From sequence record PP355766.1: a DNA stretch of 64,000 nt. One strand, given 5' to 3'. Within the stretch, counting starts at the first letter, position 1, and each line of letters begins with the position of its first letter. Shown here one piece after another: positions 12,433 through 20,353 of the stretch. The notes below the pieces were generated by a model, which ran no database searches, had not been told where the DNA came from, and saw only the letters and a program-made list of their open reading frames with translations. Both the position numbers and the translations under genes were made by a program.

Positions 12433-12888
12433 ATGAAAAAGAATAAACTTATCGAAAAATGGCAGCCGCTGCTTGAGAACGAAGCTCTGCCGGAAATTGT
12501 TGGCGCTAGCAAAAAAGCTCTGATCGCTAAGATTTTTGAAAACCAGGAAGCTGATATTAATCAGGCTCCGGAATACCGCGATGAAAAAATCGCTGAAGCA
12601 TTTGGTTCTTTCCTGTCTGAAGCAGAAATTGGCGGTGACCACGGTTATGATGCACAGAACATCGCAGCTGGTCAGACCTCTGGTGCTGTAACCCAGATTG
12701 GACCAGCAGTTATGGGTATGGTTCGTCGTGCTATCCCTAACCTGATTGCTTTCGATATCTGTGGTGTACAGCCGATGTCTAACCCAACCGGTCAGGTATT
12801 CGCTCTCCGCGCTGTTTACGGCAAAGACCCGCTGGCTGCTGGTGCTAAAGAAGCTTTCCATCCGATGTACGCTCCGGACGCTCAGTAA
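12433..12888 (+). pseudogene. 23: Major capsid gp23, N-terminal ~150 aa only; cut at a junction near 12882
   Basis: EAEIGGDHGY, GMVRRAIP, FHPMYAPDA followed at once by an unrelated stop; T4 gp23 is 521 aa. Confidence 0.92.
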
Positions 12889-12991
12889 TTTCACGAGATG
12901 GAGCACCTGCTACCCAGTCGCCGTTACGAATAGAACCGATCAGTTCTGCACCAGCGTTATCGAGATCAGCAAAAGTCATAATATTACGCAT
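12883..12991 (-). pseudogene. ndd: Nucleoid disruption protein Ndd, 5' fragment
   Basis: MRNYMTFADLDNAGAELIGSIRNGDW resembles the T4 Ndd N-terminus ([25 protein letters not shown]); cut at the junction. Confidence 0.8.
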
Positions 12992-13026
12992 GTTAATTTC
13001 CTCAGTTAGTTAAAGTTTATTCTCCG

Positions 13027-13048
13027 ATGAGGGGCCGAAGCCCCTCAT
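13027..13048 (-). terminator. UUCG hairpin
   Basis: Plus strand ATGAGGGGC-CGAA-GCCCCTCAT, i.e. a TTCG loop on the minus strand. Confidence 0.75.
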
Positions 13049-13049
13049 A

Positions 13050-13139
13050 TTACCAAAATACTACTACCGCTGTCACGATACCAACCCAAAATACAAGAAG
13101 ACCTGAAGCCAACAGACGATACACAATGTGTCGTTTCAT
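13050..13139 (-). CDS. 29-aa hydrophobic peptide (ndd.x-like)
   Basis: MKRHIVYRLLASGLLVFWVGIVTAVVVFW; ATGA-coupled to the upstream ORF; not in the ORF track. Confidence 0.55.
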   Translation of the reverse strand: MKRHIVYRLLASGLLVFWVGIVTAVVVFW

Positions 13140-13351
13140 TTTTGACCTTCCCATACGGTTTCTACTAAGGATTTAAGGCCATCAGTTTGAATAATATCAA
13201 TCGCATTAATGGCAAAATAAATTCCGAATCCGAACACGGCGACAATTCCAAGCGCTACCGCAACGATAAAGGACAGAACAACGGTTCTCATTAAGTTAAA
13301 GCGACGATCAAAACTACTACGAATCATTATATTTTCCTCAGATGAAAGCAT
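13136..13351 (-). CDS. Small membrane protein (ndd.x-like)
   Basis: Hydrophobic VVLSFIVAVALGIVAVFGFGIYF segment; coupled starts and stops. Confidence 0.55.
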   Translation of the reverse strand: MLSSEENIMIRSSFDRRFNLMRTVVLSFIVAVALGIVAVFGFGIYFAINAIDIIQTDGLKSLVETVWEGQK

Positions 13352-13454
13352 TAATCCAAACGTTAACTAAATCCCATGCGAAAACACCAATGAAAGTAAC
13401 GATAAGGCAGAATACTACAAAGGTGTTCTTCAAAATCGTAAGTAACTTTTTCAT
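13338..13454 (-). CDS. 38-aa membrane peptide (ndd.x-like)
   Basis: MKKLLTILKNTFVVFCLIVTFIGVFAWDLVNVWINAFI; GGAG RBS and an early promoter upstream; not in the ORF track. Confidence 0.65.
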   Translation of the reverse strand: MKKLLTILKNTFVVFCLIVTFIGVFAWDLVNVWINAFI

Positions 13455-13482
13455 TTTGTTCTCCAGTTTAGCTAACAGGATT

Positions 13483-13512
13483 ATAGTATCACTGAAGAAC
13501 AGTAAAGTAAAC
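13483..13512 (-). promoter_or_regulatory. T4-type early promoter
   Basis: GTTTAC-18 nt-TACTAT on the minus strand. Confidence 0.8.
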
Positions 13513-13514
13513 CG

Positions 13515-13754
13515 TTAAATGCACAAGTTACGAATTTTTTCTTCTAAGGCTTTAACTTTATCTATATGCTCATCGCGAGCTGCAGCGGCTCCATTGGGAT
13601 ACAATCCGCCGTAAGTTGAATCGCCATTATCACAAGCAATGATAGTATAATGCCAATTCATAGATTCGAGAATCCTATACTCTTTCAAAAGTTCAGCTTT
13701 AATAGAAGCATTTCCGCGTTTAGCTCGAAGTGATTTTAGCTCTAAGTAACTCAT
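13515..13754 (-). CDS. Hypothetical early protein
   Basis: 79-aa ORF with GGAG RBS, downstream of an early promoter. Confidence 0.7.
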   Translation of the reverse strand: MSYLELKSLRAKRGNASIKAELLKEYRILESMNWHYTIIACDNGDSTYGGLYPNGAAAARDEHIDKVKALEEKIRNLCI

Positions 13755-13782
13755 GTTTTACTCCCGTTCAGTTTGTAAGGCC

Positions 13783-13812
13783 ATAGTATCATGGCCAATC
13801 CCGGAAGTAAAC
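13783..13812 (-). promoter_or_regulatory. T4-type early promoter
   Basis: GTTTAC-18 nt-TACTAT with upstream A-tract. Confidence 0.8.
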
Positions 13813-13818
13813 AACTTT

Positions 13819-14406
13819 TTAAAATTTGTGCATGATATACCCGCCAGCTCCAACTCGTGAAGGTTTTACTACTTCCATGAGGTGATCGATACCGCCGGCA
13901 AACATTGGTGTGTACCGTATGACATTCTGGGACACTTCTTCTGCAACGAATATAATTATACAGTCTGCGACTTTATGTTTAAACATGGGCCCTAGATTTA
14001 TTCCACTTCCATTAGGGAATAGACCGTCTTTACCAGTCGTAACATTAATCCATGGCTTATGATTTGCTCGGTCATGAACAAAGTGTGTTTTAACTTCAAC
14101 TCTAACACCTTGGTAGTGTGGATGAGCTAATACGTCCCAGGCCCATTCGTATGGATCGTTGTTATTATGGTCAACAACTTGATCGTTCACGTATCCATCG
14201 AGAAAATCTGCTACCACATACTCTGCCGGTATAGCAATTCTGCATCGTTTAAGAACGTCAATTCTATCTTGAGATGGATCGATATCTAAGCTATATCTGG
14301 CAGTATCAATGATTTTTACTTTTGCTTCACCCCTTAGCTTATTCAAATCTAGGGTAAATGTCCGGAGTTGGTTCAATCTCTGCAGGGCTTTGTTCATCAA
14401 TGCCAT
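13819..14406 (-). CDS. denB: Endonuclease IV (dC-specific ssDNA endonuclease)
   Basis: KVKIIDTARYSL, WDVLAHP, VEVKTH, GSGINLGP and VADCIIIF match T4 DenB; true start probably 14406 (GAGGA RBS). Confidence 0.88.
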   Translation of the reverse strand: MALMNKALQRLNQLRTFTLDLNKLRGEAKVKIIDTARYSLDIDPSQDRIDVLKRCRIAIPAEYVVADFLDGYVNDQVVDHNNNDPYEWAWDVLAHPHYQGVRVEVKTHFVHDRANHKPWINVTTGKDGLFPNGSGINLGPMFKHKVADCIIIFVAEEVSQNVIRYTPMFAGGIDHLMEVVKPSRVGAGGYIMHKF

Positions 14407-14635
14407 AAATTCCTCTGATATGTAATTCACCAAAATAAACACGATCGTCGTGGTTACATGTGTCTGGTTCCACAACAAAATCATCACCAAGTTCTACGAG
14501 TTCATCACAGTGCAACCAAGCATAGTGAACATCACCTTCATGTTTAACCACATGATGGCAAAACACCGTAGCCGCATGATGAGTACCACGAAGATTAACA
14601 ACTTTAGAATGAGATACGTTAAATGGATTAATCAT
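14339..14635 (-). CDS. Hypothetical protein between rIIB and denB
   Basis: 98-aa ORF after the rIIB terminator; overlaps the denB 5' end by about 60-70 nt. Confidence 0.45.
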   Translation of the reverse strand: MINPFNVSHSKVVNLRGTHHAATVFCHHVVKHEGDVHYAWLHCDELVELGDDFVVEPDTCNHDDRVYFGELHIRGIYGIDEQSPAEIEPTPDIYPRFE

Positions 14636-14655
14636 GTTTCACCCATAATAAAAGA

Positions 14656-14671
14656 GGAGCCCGAAGGCTCC
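14656..14671 (-). terminator. Terminator after rIIB
   Basis: GGAGCC-TTCG-GGCTCC on the minus strand with a following T-run. Confidence 0.85.
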
Positions 14672-14677
14672 TTATAA

Positions 14678-15589
14678 TTAGCGAAGTTCTGAACCCCAAC
14701 GATCAGTTACATCTTCTAATACTACATAACCACATGTACGCATTTTAGCGTCGTTGTAATCAACCGGGATAGATACTACATCACGCGGATGAACTTTAAC
14801 TGAAACAATACGGTCAGAACCACTACCGAAGTGACCGATGTAAGATTTAGAGCAGACATGCAGACCTGCGGAACAAGTACGCTGATCGTCTTCATCTACC
14901 TGATTACGCGGCATTGTAACAGTTTTACCAGGAGAGTTATCAAACGTGTTTGAAGCACAGTCCATATAAGTGGAACGAACTACTTTCCAACCAATGAAGT
15001 GACCATCATCAGTGATGTCGATATCGTTTGCATTCAGGAAATCAAACAGGCGATAAACTGCACGACGAGATGGGTTCAGCATCAGGTTTTCCAGGAAAGG
15101 CAGATAACGTTTAAAGTCTTCGCCATCTTCCATAGCTCGAACGATACGCTCAGTCAGACCAGATTTCAGCTCGATATCTTTATAGAATAAAGTACCATCT
15201 TCAATTCGGACGTTACCCTGAACGAATTTTTTGATGCCTTGTTCCAGGTTAATGTGGTCAATAGCACCAGCGATATCACCATCTACAAGTTTCTGCAATG
15301 CAGATTTAAATCCAGGATGTTGGCTATCAGCGTTATAAGTAGTACGGCCTTCAGTAATTGAAATGAATTTGGAACTTGCTGCCCATTTAAATTCACGCTC
15401 AACTGGAGCTTCTACTTTAGCAGGAACAGCTGCCGCGGCAGCTCGAGCTTCACGCTCTTTAAACACACGCCGAATAGTGTCACGGGAAACACCATAATTC
15501 TCGGCGAGCTCTTTCTTAGTGTACAGACCGTTTTTGAAGTTTTTAACGATTGCATCTTTTTGGATTTCAGACAGACAGGTAACAGCCAT
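14678..15589 (-). CDS. rIIB: RIIB protein
   Basis: N-terminal HTH (YTKKELAENYGVSRDTIRRV), FDNSPGKTVTMPRNQV, CSAGLHVCS, KMRTCGY. Confidence 0.95.
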   Translation of the reverse strand: MAVTCLSEIQKDAIVKNFKNGLYTKKELAENYGVSRDTIRRVFKEREARAAAAAVPAKVEAPVEREFKWAASSKFISITEGRTTYNADSQHPGFKSALQKLVDGDIAGAIDHINLEQGIKKFVQGNVRIEDGTLFYKDIELKSGLTERIVRAMEDGEDFKRYLPFLENLMLNPSRRAVYRLFDFLNANDIDITDDGHFIGWKVVRSTYMDCASNTFDNSPGKTVTMPRNQVDEDDQRTCSAGLHVCSKSYIGHFGSGSDRIVSVKVHPRDVVSIPVDYNDAKMRTCGYVVLEDVTDRWGSELR

Positions 15590-17758
15590 TTATTCACCTT
15601 TATTTTCAGAATTTTGAGTAGAAGCTCCATCAAGGAGCTCCATGATTTTTACGATATCATCGACGAGTTTGCTGTCAGTCCGCCAAGTATCCAAGACACT
15701 TGCGATGACAGGATAATCATCTTTAAACTGTTCAATCTTTTTATAGAAGATTGTCTCAGCATCACCAGACAGTTTATTATAAATTTTATTACATAAAGCT
15801 AAATCATCGTTTTCATCTTTGATTTTACTGGTACGGCAAACCTTAGCGATTTTGTTTAGTTTTGTCAGGAACGGATTTTTCATTCCAGACGCTGTAAACT
15901 TACTCGACAAGAAATTCAATTTATCGTAATGCGCAATATTTCCACAGATACGGTTTCCAGTAGCATTTGATGGCATGTACTGGTCATAATCTACCTTATC
16001 AATACACTTGATGTATTGGTCAATAATAAGTCGGTCAAATGAAAGCAATCCATCAGCTTTTGCCGCGGCTTTCATAGCACCCGGACGAATTGCATAGAAT
16101 TTCTTAATTCCACACGCTTCTGCCAGAGACCGCATGCTCGCGATATTCATATTCCACCACCAAACATTATCTGGGAAAGTGTGGATTTCATCACGATTGC
16201 GACCGATTGCATAACCTTCAAGCTCAGCAATTTCAGATGATACTAAAGTCTGACGGTCTTCTTCCCAATACCCGTCTTTATCAATCCAATGCAGAGAAAC
16301 ATTAGGAGATTTCGGACGTTTCTCTTTTGGACCAGTATCATAATCAGGAAGAGCTTTTCTCTGGGCTTCAAGTTCAGACACACGGAATACTACAACTTCA
16401 TCAGTATCCATGATTTTCTTCAGCTCATCAATGACATGCAATTCATCTTCATTGTCTTTGATTACTGTAATGTGTGCCCAGATTGGAACTAATCCAGATT
16501 TACACAGAGCACGAACCGTAGCAATACGCTTACCCGCTTTATCATCAATAAGAACAAACGCTTTAGTTCTATCAACCCCGCAAATATCAGAAATGTTTAC
16601 TTGGTTATGACGATGCCAAGAACTACTTGACACTTTACGACGAGCAGGTTCATCGCATGAAACATAAACTGATACTTCGTTATCTACATAATATGAACGA
16701 ATTTTATCAAGATTATACTTCGCAACTACTTGTTTAATATCGCGGTTCCCAATGGTAATACCACGGCTCTGAAGAATAGAGCGTTCCTTAGAACTCAGCT
16801 TATTGAACTCACGCAGGAATTCACGGTCAGATTCATACGCTTCAAACGCTTTAATATCTGCGGTAATTACCTCTTCTTCAAGAGCATTCACACGCTTCTG
16901 GATATTAGCAATTGTTTCTTCGTCAAGAGAAAGCTCTTCACGAGATGGAGTAATGTCTAATTCGCCAAGAGGGAAATGAACATAAACCTTGCCATAACGA
17001 TTAAGCAGCCAATCTGCCTTAACATCTACACCGCTAATCGGATATACGATTTTTCCATAAACTGCATACAGACCATAGCTTTCGTAAGAGCTATTAACGC
17101 TGAACCAGTCGGTCTTATCTACCGGGAAATATTCAATTTCGCGACGAAGAGAATCTACCTTCGGAGGAACAGCACCAAACGTACGCAAAATATATGCGAT
17201 TTCATAGTGCCAGGTATCGATATCTTCTACTTTAACCGGAACAGTGATTTCAAGACCAGTTTCTTCGTCTTCTTTCATGTCATCAACGAACATTGGACGA
17301 ATAGTAGGTTCACCACGGTTTTTCATGACAGTATAACCGGTGGCTTTACCATTATGATATGATACTACGTTAAATGTACTCGTATAGCTTAATGGTGATT
17401 TAGAACCAAGACCAAGAGCACCGATGAAATCATTACTGTTATTCTTTGTGGATTCAAAGAACGTTTTATACATCGTCATCATGTCATTATGATTAAGACC
17501 TGGACCATAATCACGAATTACAAATCGTGGGTCAAGACGAGTAGGAGCCTTGATATAAAATGGACGATTTTCATTGCCGTTCAGTTTATGAGCATCATCG
17601 CAGTTAGTAGAAAGTTCACGAACAACGGCACGGACTTTATACTTATAAAGTTTATTTGACAAAATGTCAAAAGCTTTACCTGAAGCTTTAATGGTAAACG
17701 TTGAATCGTCAGCGTCAGAAGAACCAATAATTACTTCATCATCACATTTAATTTTCAT
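15590..17758 (-). CDS. rIIA: RIIA protein (GHKL-like N-terminus)
   Basis: AVVRELSTNCDDAH, IRDYGPGL, IGALGLGSKSP; 722 aa; adjacent to rIIB. Confidence 0.95.
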   Translation of the reverse strand: MKIKCDDEVIIGSSDADDSTFTIKASGKAFDILSNKLYKYKVRAVVRELSTNCDDAHKLNGNENRPFYIKAPTRLDPRFVIRDYGPGLNHNDMMTMYKTFFESTKNNSNDFIGALGLGSKSPLSYTSTFNVVSYHNGKATGYTVMKNRGEPTIRPMFVDDMKEDEETGLEITVPVKVEDIDTWHYEIAYILRTFGAVPPKVDSLRREIEYFPVDKTDWFSVNSSYESYGLYAVYGKIVYPISGVDVKADWLLNRYGKVYVHFPLGELDITPSREELSLDEETIANIQKRVNALEEEVITADIKAFEAYESDREFLREFNKLSSKERSILQSRGITIGNRDIKQVVAKYNLDKIRSYYVDNEVSVYVSCDEPARRKVSSSSWHRHNQVNISDICGVDRTKAFVLIDDKAGKRIATVRALCKSGLVPIWAHITVIKDNEDELHVIDELKKIMDTDEVVVFRVSELEAQRKALPDYDTGPKEKRPKSPNVSLHWIDKDGYWEEDRQTLVSSEIAELEGYAIGRNRDEIHTFPDNVWWWNMNIASMRSLAEACGIKKFYAIRPGAMKAAAKADGLLSFDRLIIDQYIKCIDKVDYDQYMPSNATGNRICGNIAHYDKLNFLSSKFTASGMKNPFLTKLNKIAKVCRTSKIKDENDDLALCNKIYNKLSGDAETIFYKKIEQFKDDYPVIASVLDTWRTDSKLVDDIVKIMELLDGASTQNSENKGE

Positions 17759-17768
17759 TTTATTCCTA

Positions 17769-17975
17769 TCAATTGTGTCGTTTAATGATTTCTGCTACTT
17801 CAAGTAACTCTTCAGCAGTAGCGGTGTTAGTTGTAAAAATTTTATTATGGATTTCTTTGAAGCGTTCTTTGAATTCCTCAGCTGCTTGGATGTCAAAGAA
17901 CCGCTGGATGATACGATATTCACGATATATAGCATCGTTGAATAATTCTTCTGATGGGATGTAACTACGTTTCAT
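17769..17975 (-). CDS. rIIA.1: rIIA.1-like hypothetical protein
   Basis: REYRIIQRFFD...EEFK...ELLEVAEIIKR resembles T4 rIIA.1; correct position. Confidence 0.8.
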   Translation of the reverse strand: MKRSYIPSEELFNDAIYREYRIIQRFFDIQAAEEFKERFKEIHNKIFTTNTATAEELLEVAEIIKRHN

Positions 17976-18001
17976 AATATTTTCCTCAGTGATTTAGGGA
18001 A

Positions 18002-18027
18002 ATTATATCACTATAACTTTAAGCAAG
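18002..18027 (-). promoter_or_regulatory. MotA-dependent middle promoter (rIIA region)
   Basis: TTGCTTAA MotA box, then TATAAT at the usual spacing. Confidence 0.7.
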
Positions 18028-18093
18028 AATCCTAGAATCATCTCCAAGCACTTCTTGATTAAAGCCATATAAATCCATTCTTATAAAGAAAAA

Positions 18094-18109
18094 GGGACCC
18101 GGAGGTCCC
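18094..18109 (-). terminator. Terminator
   Basis: GGGACC-TCCG-GGTCCC on the minus strand followed by a T-run. Confidence 0.8.
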
Positions 18110-18114
18110 TTAGA

Positions 18115-18267
18115 TTACCACACCCTACTAACTCGACCATAAACCTCATGTTTAGAACCATCAATGTTTTCCACCCAGATAGTAACCCAAGTTCCGGGCA
18201 GAGGTTTCTTTTCAGCGAACAGATATCCATAGTCGCCTGAGATCAAAGTAATCCAATAACGTTGCAT
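18115..18267 (-). CDS. 50-aa hypothetical protein
   Basis: MQRYWITLISGDYGYLFAEKKPLPGTWVTIWVENIDGSKHEVYGRVSRVW with RBS; not in the ORF track. Confidence 0.6.
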   Translation of the reverse strand: MQRYWITLISGDYGYLFAEKKPLPGTWVTIWVENIDGSKHEVYGRVSRVW

Positions 18268-18314
18268 GTTAATTCCTTCTAAGTAAGGGCAATAGTACCC
18301 TTACTATTTATTCT

Positions 18315-18887
18315 TTATTCACTCATCCATGTCTTACGTGGTGCAGCATCATTACCCATAATTAATTCAAAAAGTTCTTTCCAGTTTTCAGGAAGAGTGA
18401 CTACATCATAAACCGGGTCTTGAATAACACGTTCGTATTCATCTTCTTCAAGAGAGCCAAGACCTTTAATATAACGAAGTTTCCAACCTTTGAAATCATC
18501 TTTATGGTCTTCATATTCGCCAAGAGAATAGAACCAACGTTGTTCTTTACCTTTGGTGAGAATAATAACCGGAGTTTTCACAAAGCGGATTCGACCTTGT
18601 TCAAATAATTCTGGCCAATTACTAAAGAACGCCAAAAGACTTGGGAAAATTGAACCAACACCATCAACGTCTGCATCAGTCATGATGGCAATATTTCGAT
18701 AGTTAGTATTTTCAGCGGGTTCACCGATAGTCAAACCAGTGATTGCACAAATGTCAAATACTTCCTTGTTCTTCATAGCATCTGCAGCAGACATTCCCCA
18801 TGTATTCATGAACTTACCGCGTAAAGGATATCCACCATGAAGTTCACGGTCACGAGTTGTGAGTAGATAACCAATCGCAGAATCACC
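18315..18887 (-). pseudogene. 39: C-terminal third of the type II topoisomerase large subunit (fused gp39+gp60 type), 5' part removed at the junction
   Basis: Frame is open from GDSAIG (18887) through PLRGK, TOPRIM IMTDADVDG and RYIKGLGSL; no 50-nt bypass gap. Confidence 0.9.
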
Positions 18888-18989
18888 CAGGAAGAAACAC
18901 CTGAAGCTAAGCGTAAACGGTTGGAAAAAATTAAAGAAGCCGCTTTGGCTAAATTAAATCCTGATGAACGCGAGGCCCTCGGATTATGA
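18888..18989 (+). pseudogene. C-terminal remnant of an early ORF
   Basis: QEETPEAKRKRLEKIKEAALAKLNPDEREALGL*, ATGA-coupled to the next ORF, no start of its own. Confidence 0.55.
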
Positions 18990-19306
18990 GCAAAGAATTT
19001 AGTACTACTCGTATGGTAGATGCTTTTGGATATCCGTGCAGCGGATATCGTGAATTTATTCACCCGGAAGTTGAAAATCAATTTAAAGAAGTTGTAAGAA
19101 ATATTTTGCTCAATGCATTTAAAACTCAAGGAACTAACCCGAGAGATTTAGGCATTTATCTTGAAGAAGCCATCAGAGACGTACAAAAGAGCGTATCGGC
19201 TAAACTTCATTGGGCTGAAGAAAATATTGCATGGTCAAACAAGAAACGTTCTGATTTAAATTGGCCCGCTGATCGTGAACAAATCGTCAATTATGCTAAG
19301 GTGTAA
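18986..19306 (+). CDS. Hypothetical early protein
   Basis: 106 aa; tightly packed co-directional cluster. Confidence 0.7.
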   Translation: MSKEFSTTRMVDAFGYPCSGYREFIHPEVENQFKEVVRNILLNAFKTQGTNPRDLGIYLEEAIRDVQKSVSAKLHWAEENIAWSNKKRSDLNWPADREQIVNYAKV

Positions 19307-19308
19307 TA

Positions 19309-19506
19309 ATGTTAAAAACCTATGAAGTTAAATTTAAACGCTTTATTGATGGCAAATGCTATGACAATAAAGAACGTTCAACCCGAATTTCTGCGCCGTC
19401 AGCGTACCAAGCAGTATTTCAGCATGGGCAGACCAATGGCGTGGCATTCCCTGAGCAAGACGTTGAAGATATTATCTTAGATGTTATTGAGGTAAAAGGT
19501 GTTTAG
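19309..19506 (+). CDS. Hypothetical early protein
   Basis: 65 aa; coupled to its neighbours. Confidence 0.65.
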   Translation: MLKTYEVKFKRFIDGKCYDNKERSTRISAPSAYQAVFQHGQTNGVAFPEQDVEDIILDVIEVKGV

Positions 19507-19789
19507 TACTATAGTGTCTATACATGCGTATTACGAAGGGCAGTTAAATGCTGCCCGAACCAAGTATAAACGAGGGATGGAGGAATCTGTGGAATGTCTC
19601 AAAGGTATTCAGACGTTTGCCCAGAAGACCCAGAACCTCATCTTGATGGACCGTAAACAGGTCTCATTGGCTGAAGAGCTAAAAGCCTCTAAGATGATTA
19701 TAGAAGACACTAGGAAATACCAACTGAAATTGCTTAAGCGGCGACAACACCAGTCGCCATGGTTTAACAGTGATTTCCGATCTTTTTAA
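19499..19789 (+). CDS. Hypothetical early protein
   Basis: 96 aa; ends at a terminator. Confidence 0.65.
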   Translation: MFSTIVSIHAYYEGQLNAARTKYKRGMEESVECLKGIQTFAQKTQNLILMDRKQVSLAEELKASKMIIEDTRKYQLKLLKRRQHQSPWFNSDFRSF

Positions 19790-19807
19790 GGGCCTTCGGG
19801 CCCTTTT
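19790..19807 (+). terminator. Terminator
   Basis: GGGCC-TTCG-GGCCC-TTTT. Confidence 0.85.
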
Positions 19808-19810
19808 GTT

Positions 19811-19840
19811 GTTTACATCTTAGAAAAGCCATGATAAGAT
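19811..19840 (+). promoter_or_regulatory. Early promoter
   Basis: GTTTAC-18 nt-TAAGAT. Confidence 0.75.
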
Positions 19841-19868
19841 AGCTTCGTTAACTAATGAGGAGATTGAA

Positions 19869-20033
19869 ATGAAAGCACCTACTTGGAACGAACTTCAAGA
19901 AATGTTCAATACTGAAGAAGCTTTTGGAACTATTTCTGAAATGGTTGAGAATTTAGTAGATTCTCCTTCAGAAGATAATCTTCTGTGTTTAGCACAGTTC
20001 ATCATTGAAACTTACATCGAGAATCAAAAATGA
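19869..20033 (+). CDS. 54-aa acidic hypothetical protein
   Basis: MKAPTWNELQEMF...IENQK; GAGGAG RBS right after the promoter; not in the ORF track. Confidence 0.7.
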   Translation: MKAPTWNELQEMFNTEEAFGTISEMVENLVDSPSEDNLLCLAQFIIETYIENQK

Positions 20034-20296
20034 CAGTATACGTAGATGTCTTGATGAATCATGGCTGGAAAATGAGAGGTCATCAAGTAAAGAATTGTCA
20101 TATGTTTAGCGACAACCTTGATGAGTTGCACGCTATGGCAGAAGCCATCGGAATGAAACGTTCTTGGTTCCAGGATAAGCGAGTTCCACACTATGATTTG
20201 CGCGATGTTCGTCGCAAGCAAGCAGTTGCTCTAGGAGCAGTAGAAGTATCTCGTAGAGACGCAGTTCTGCTTTGGAGAAAATTTTTCACAAAGTAG
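20030..20296 (+). CDS. DUF4031-like protein
   Basis: MTVYVD start, CHMFSDNLDELHAMA, WFQ...HYDL and A.ALGA motifs. Confidence 0.7.
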   Translation: MTVYVDVLMNHGWKMRGHQVKNCHMFSDNLDELHAMAEAIGMKRSWFQDKRVPHYDLRDVRRKQAVALGAVEVSRRDAVLLWRKFFTK

Positions 20297-20325
20297 TTTA
20301 CTTTCGGCGAGGCTGTTGATAAGAT
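20296..20325 (+). promoter_or_regulatory. Early promoter
   Basis: GTTTAC-18 nt-TAAGAT. Confidence 0.7.
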
Positions 20326-20353
20326 GGTCTCGTCAACCAAACTGGAGAATAAA

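Noticed and set aside
18020-18080. 19-codon ORF MDLYGFNQEVLGDDSRILA on the minus strand
   Set aside because: Too short, overlaps the rIIA middle promoter, and has no supporting motif.
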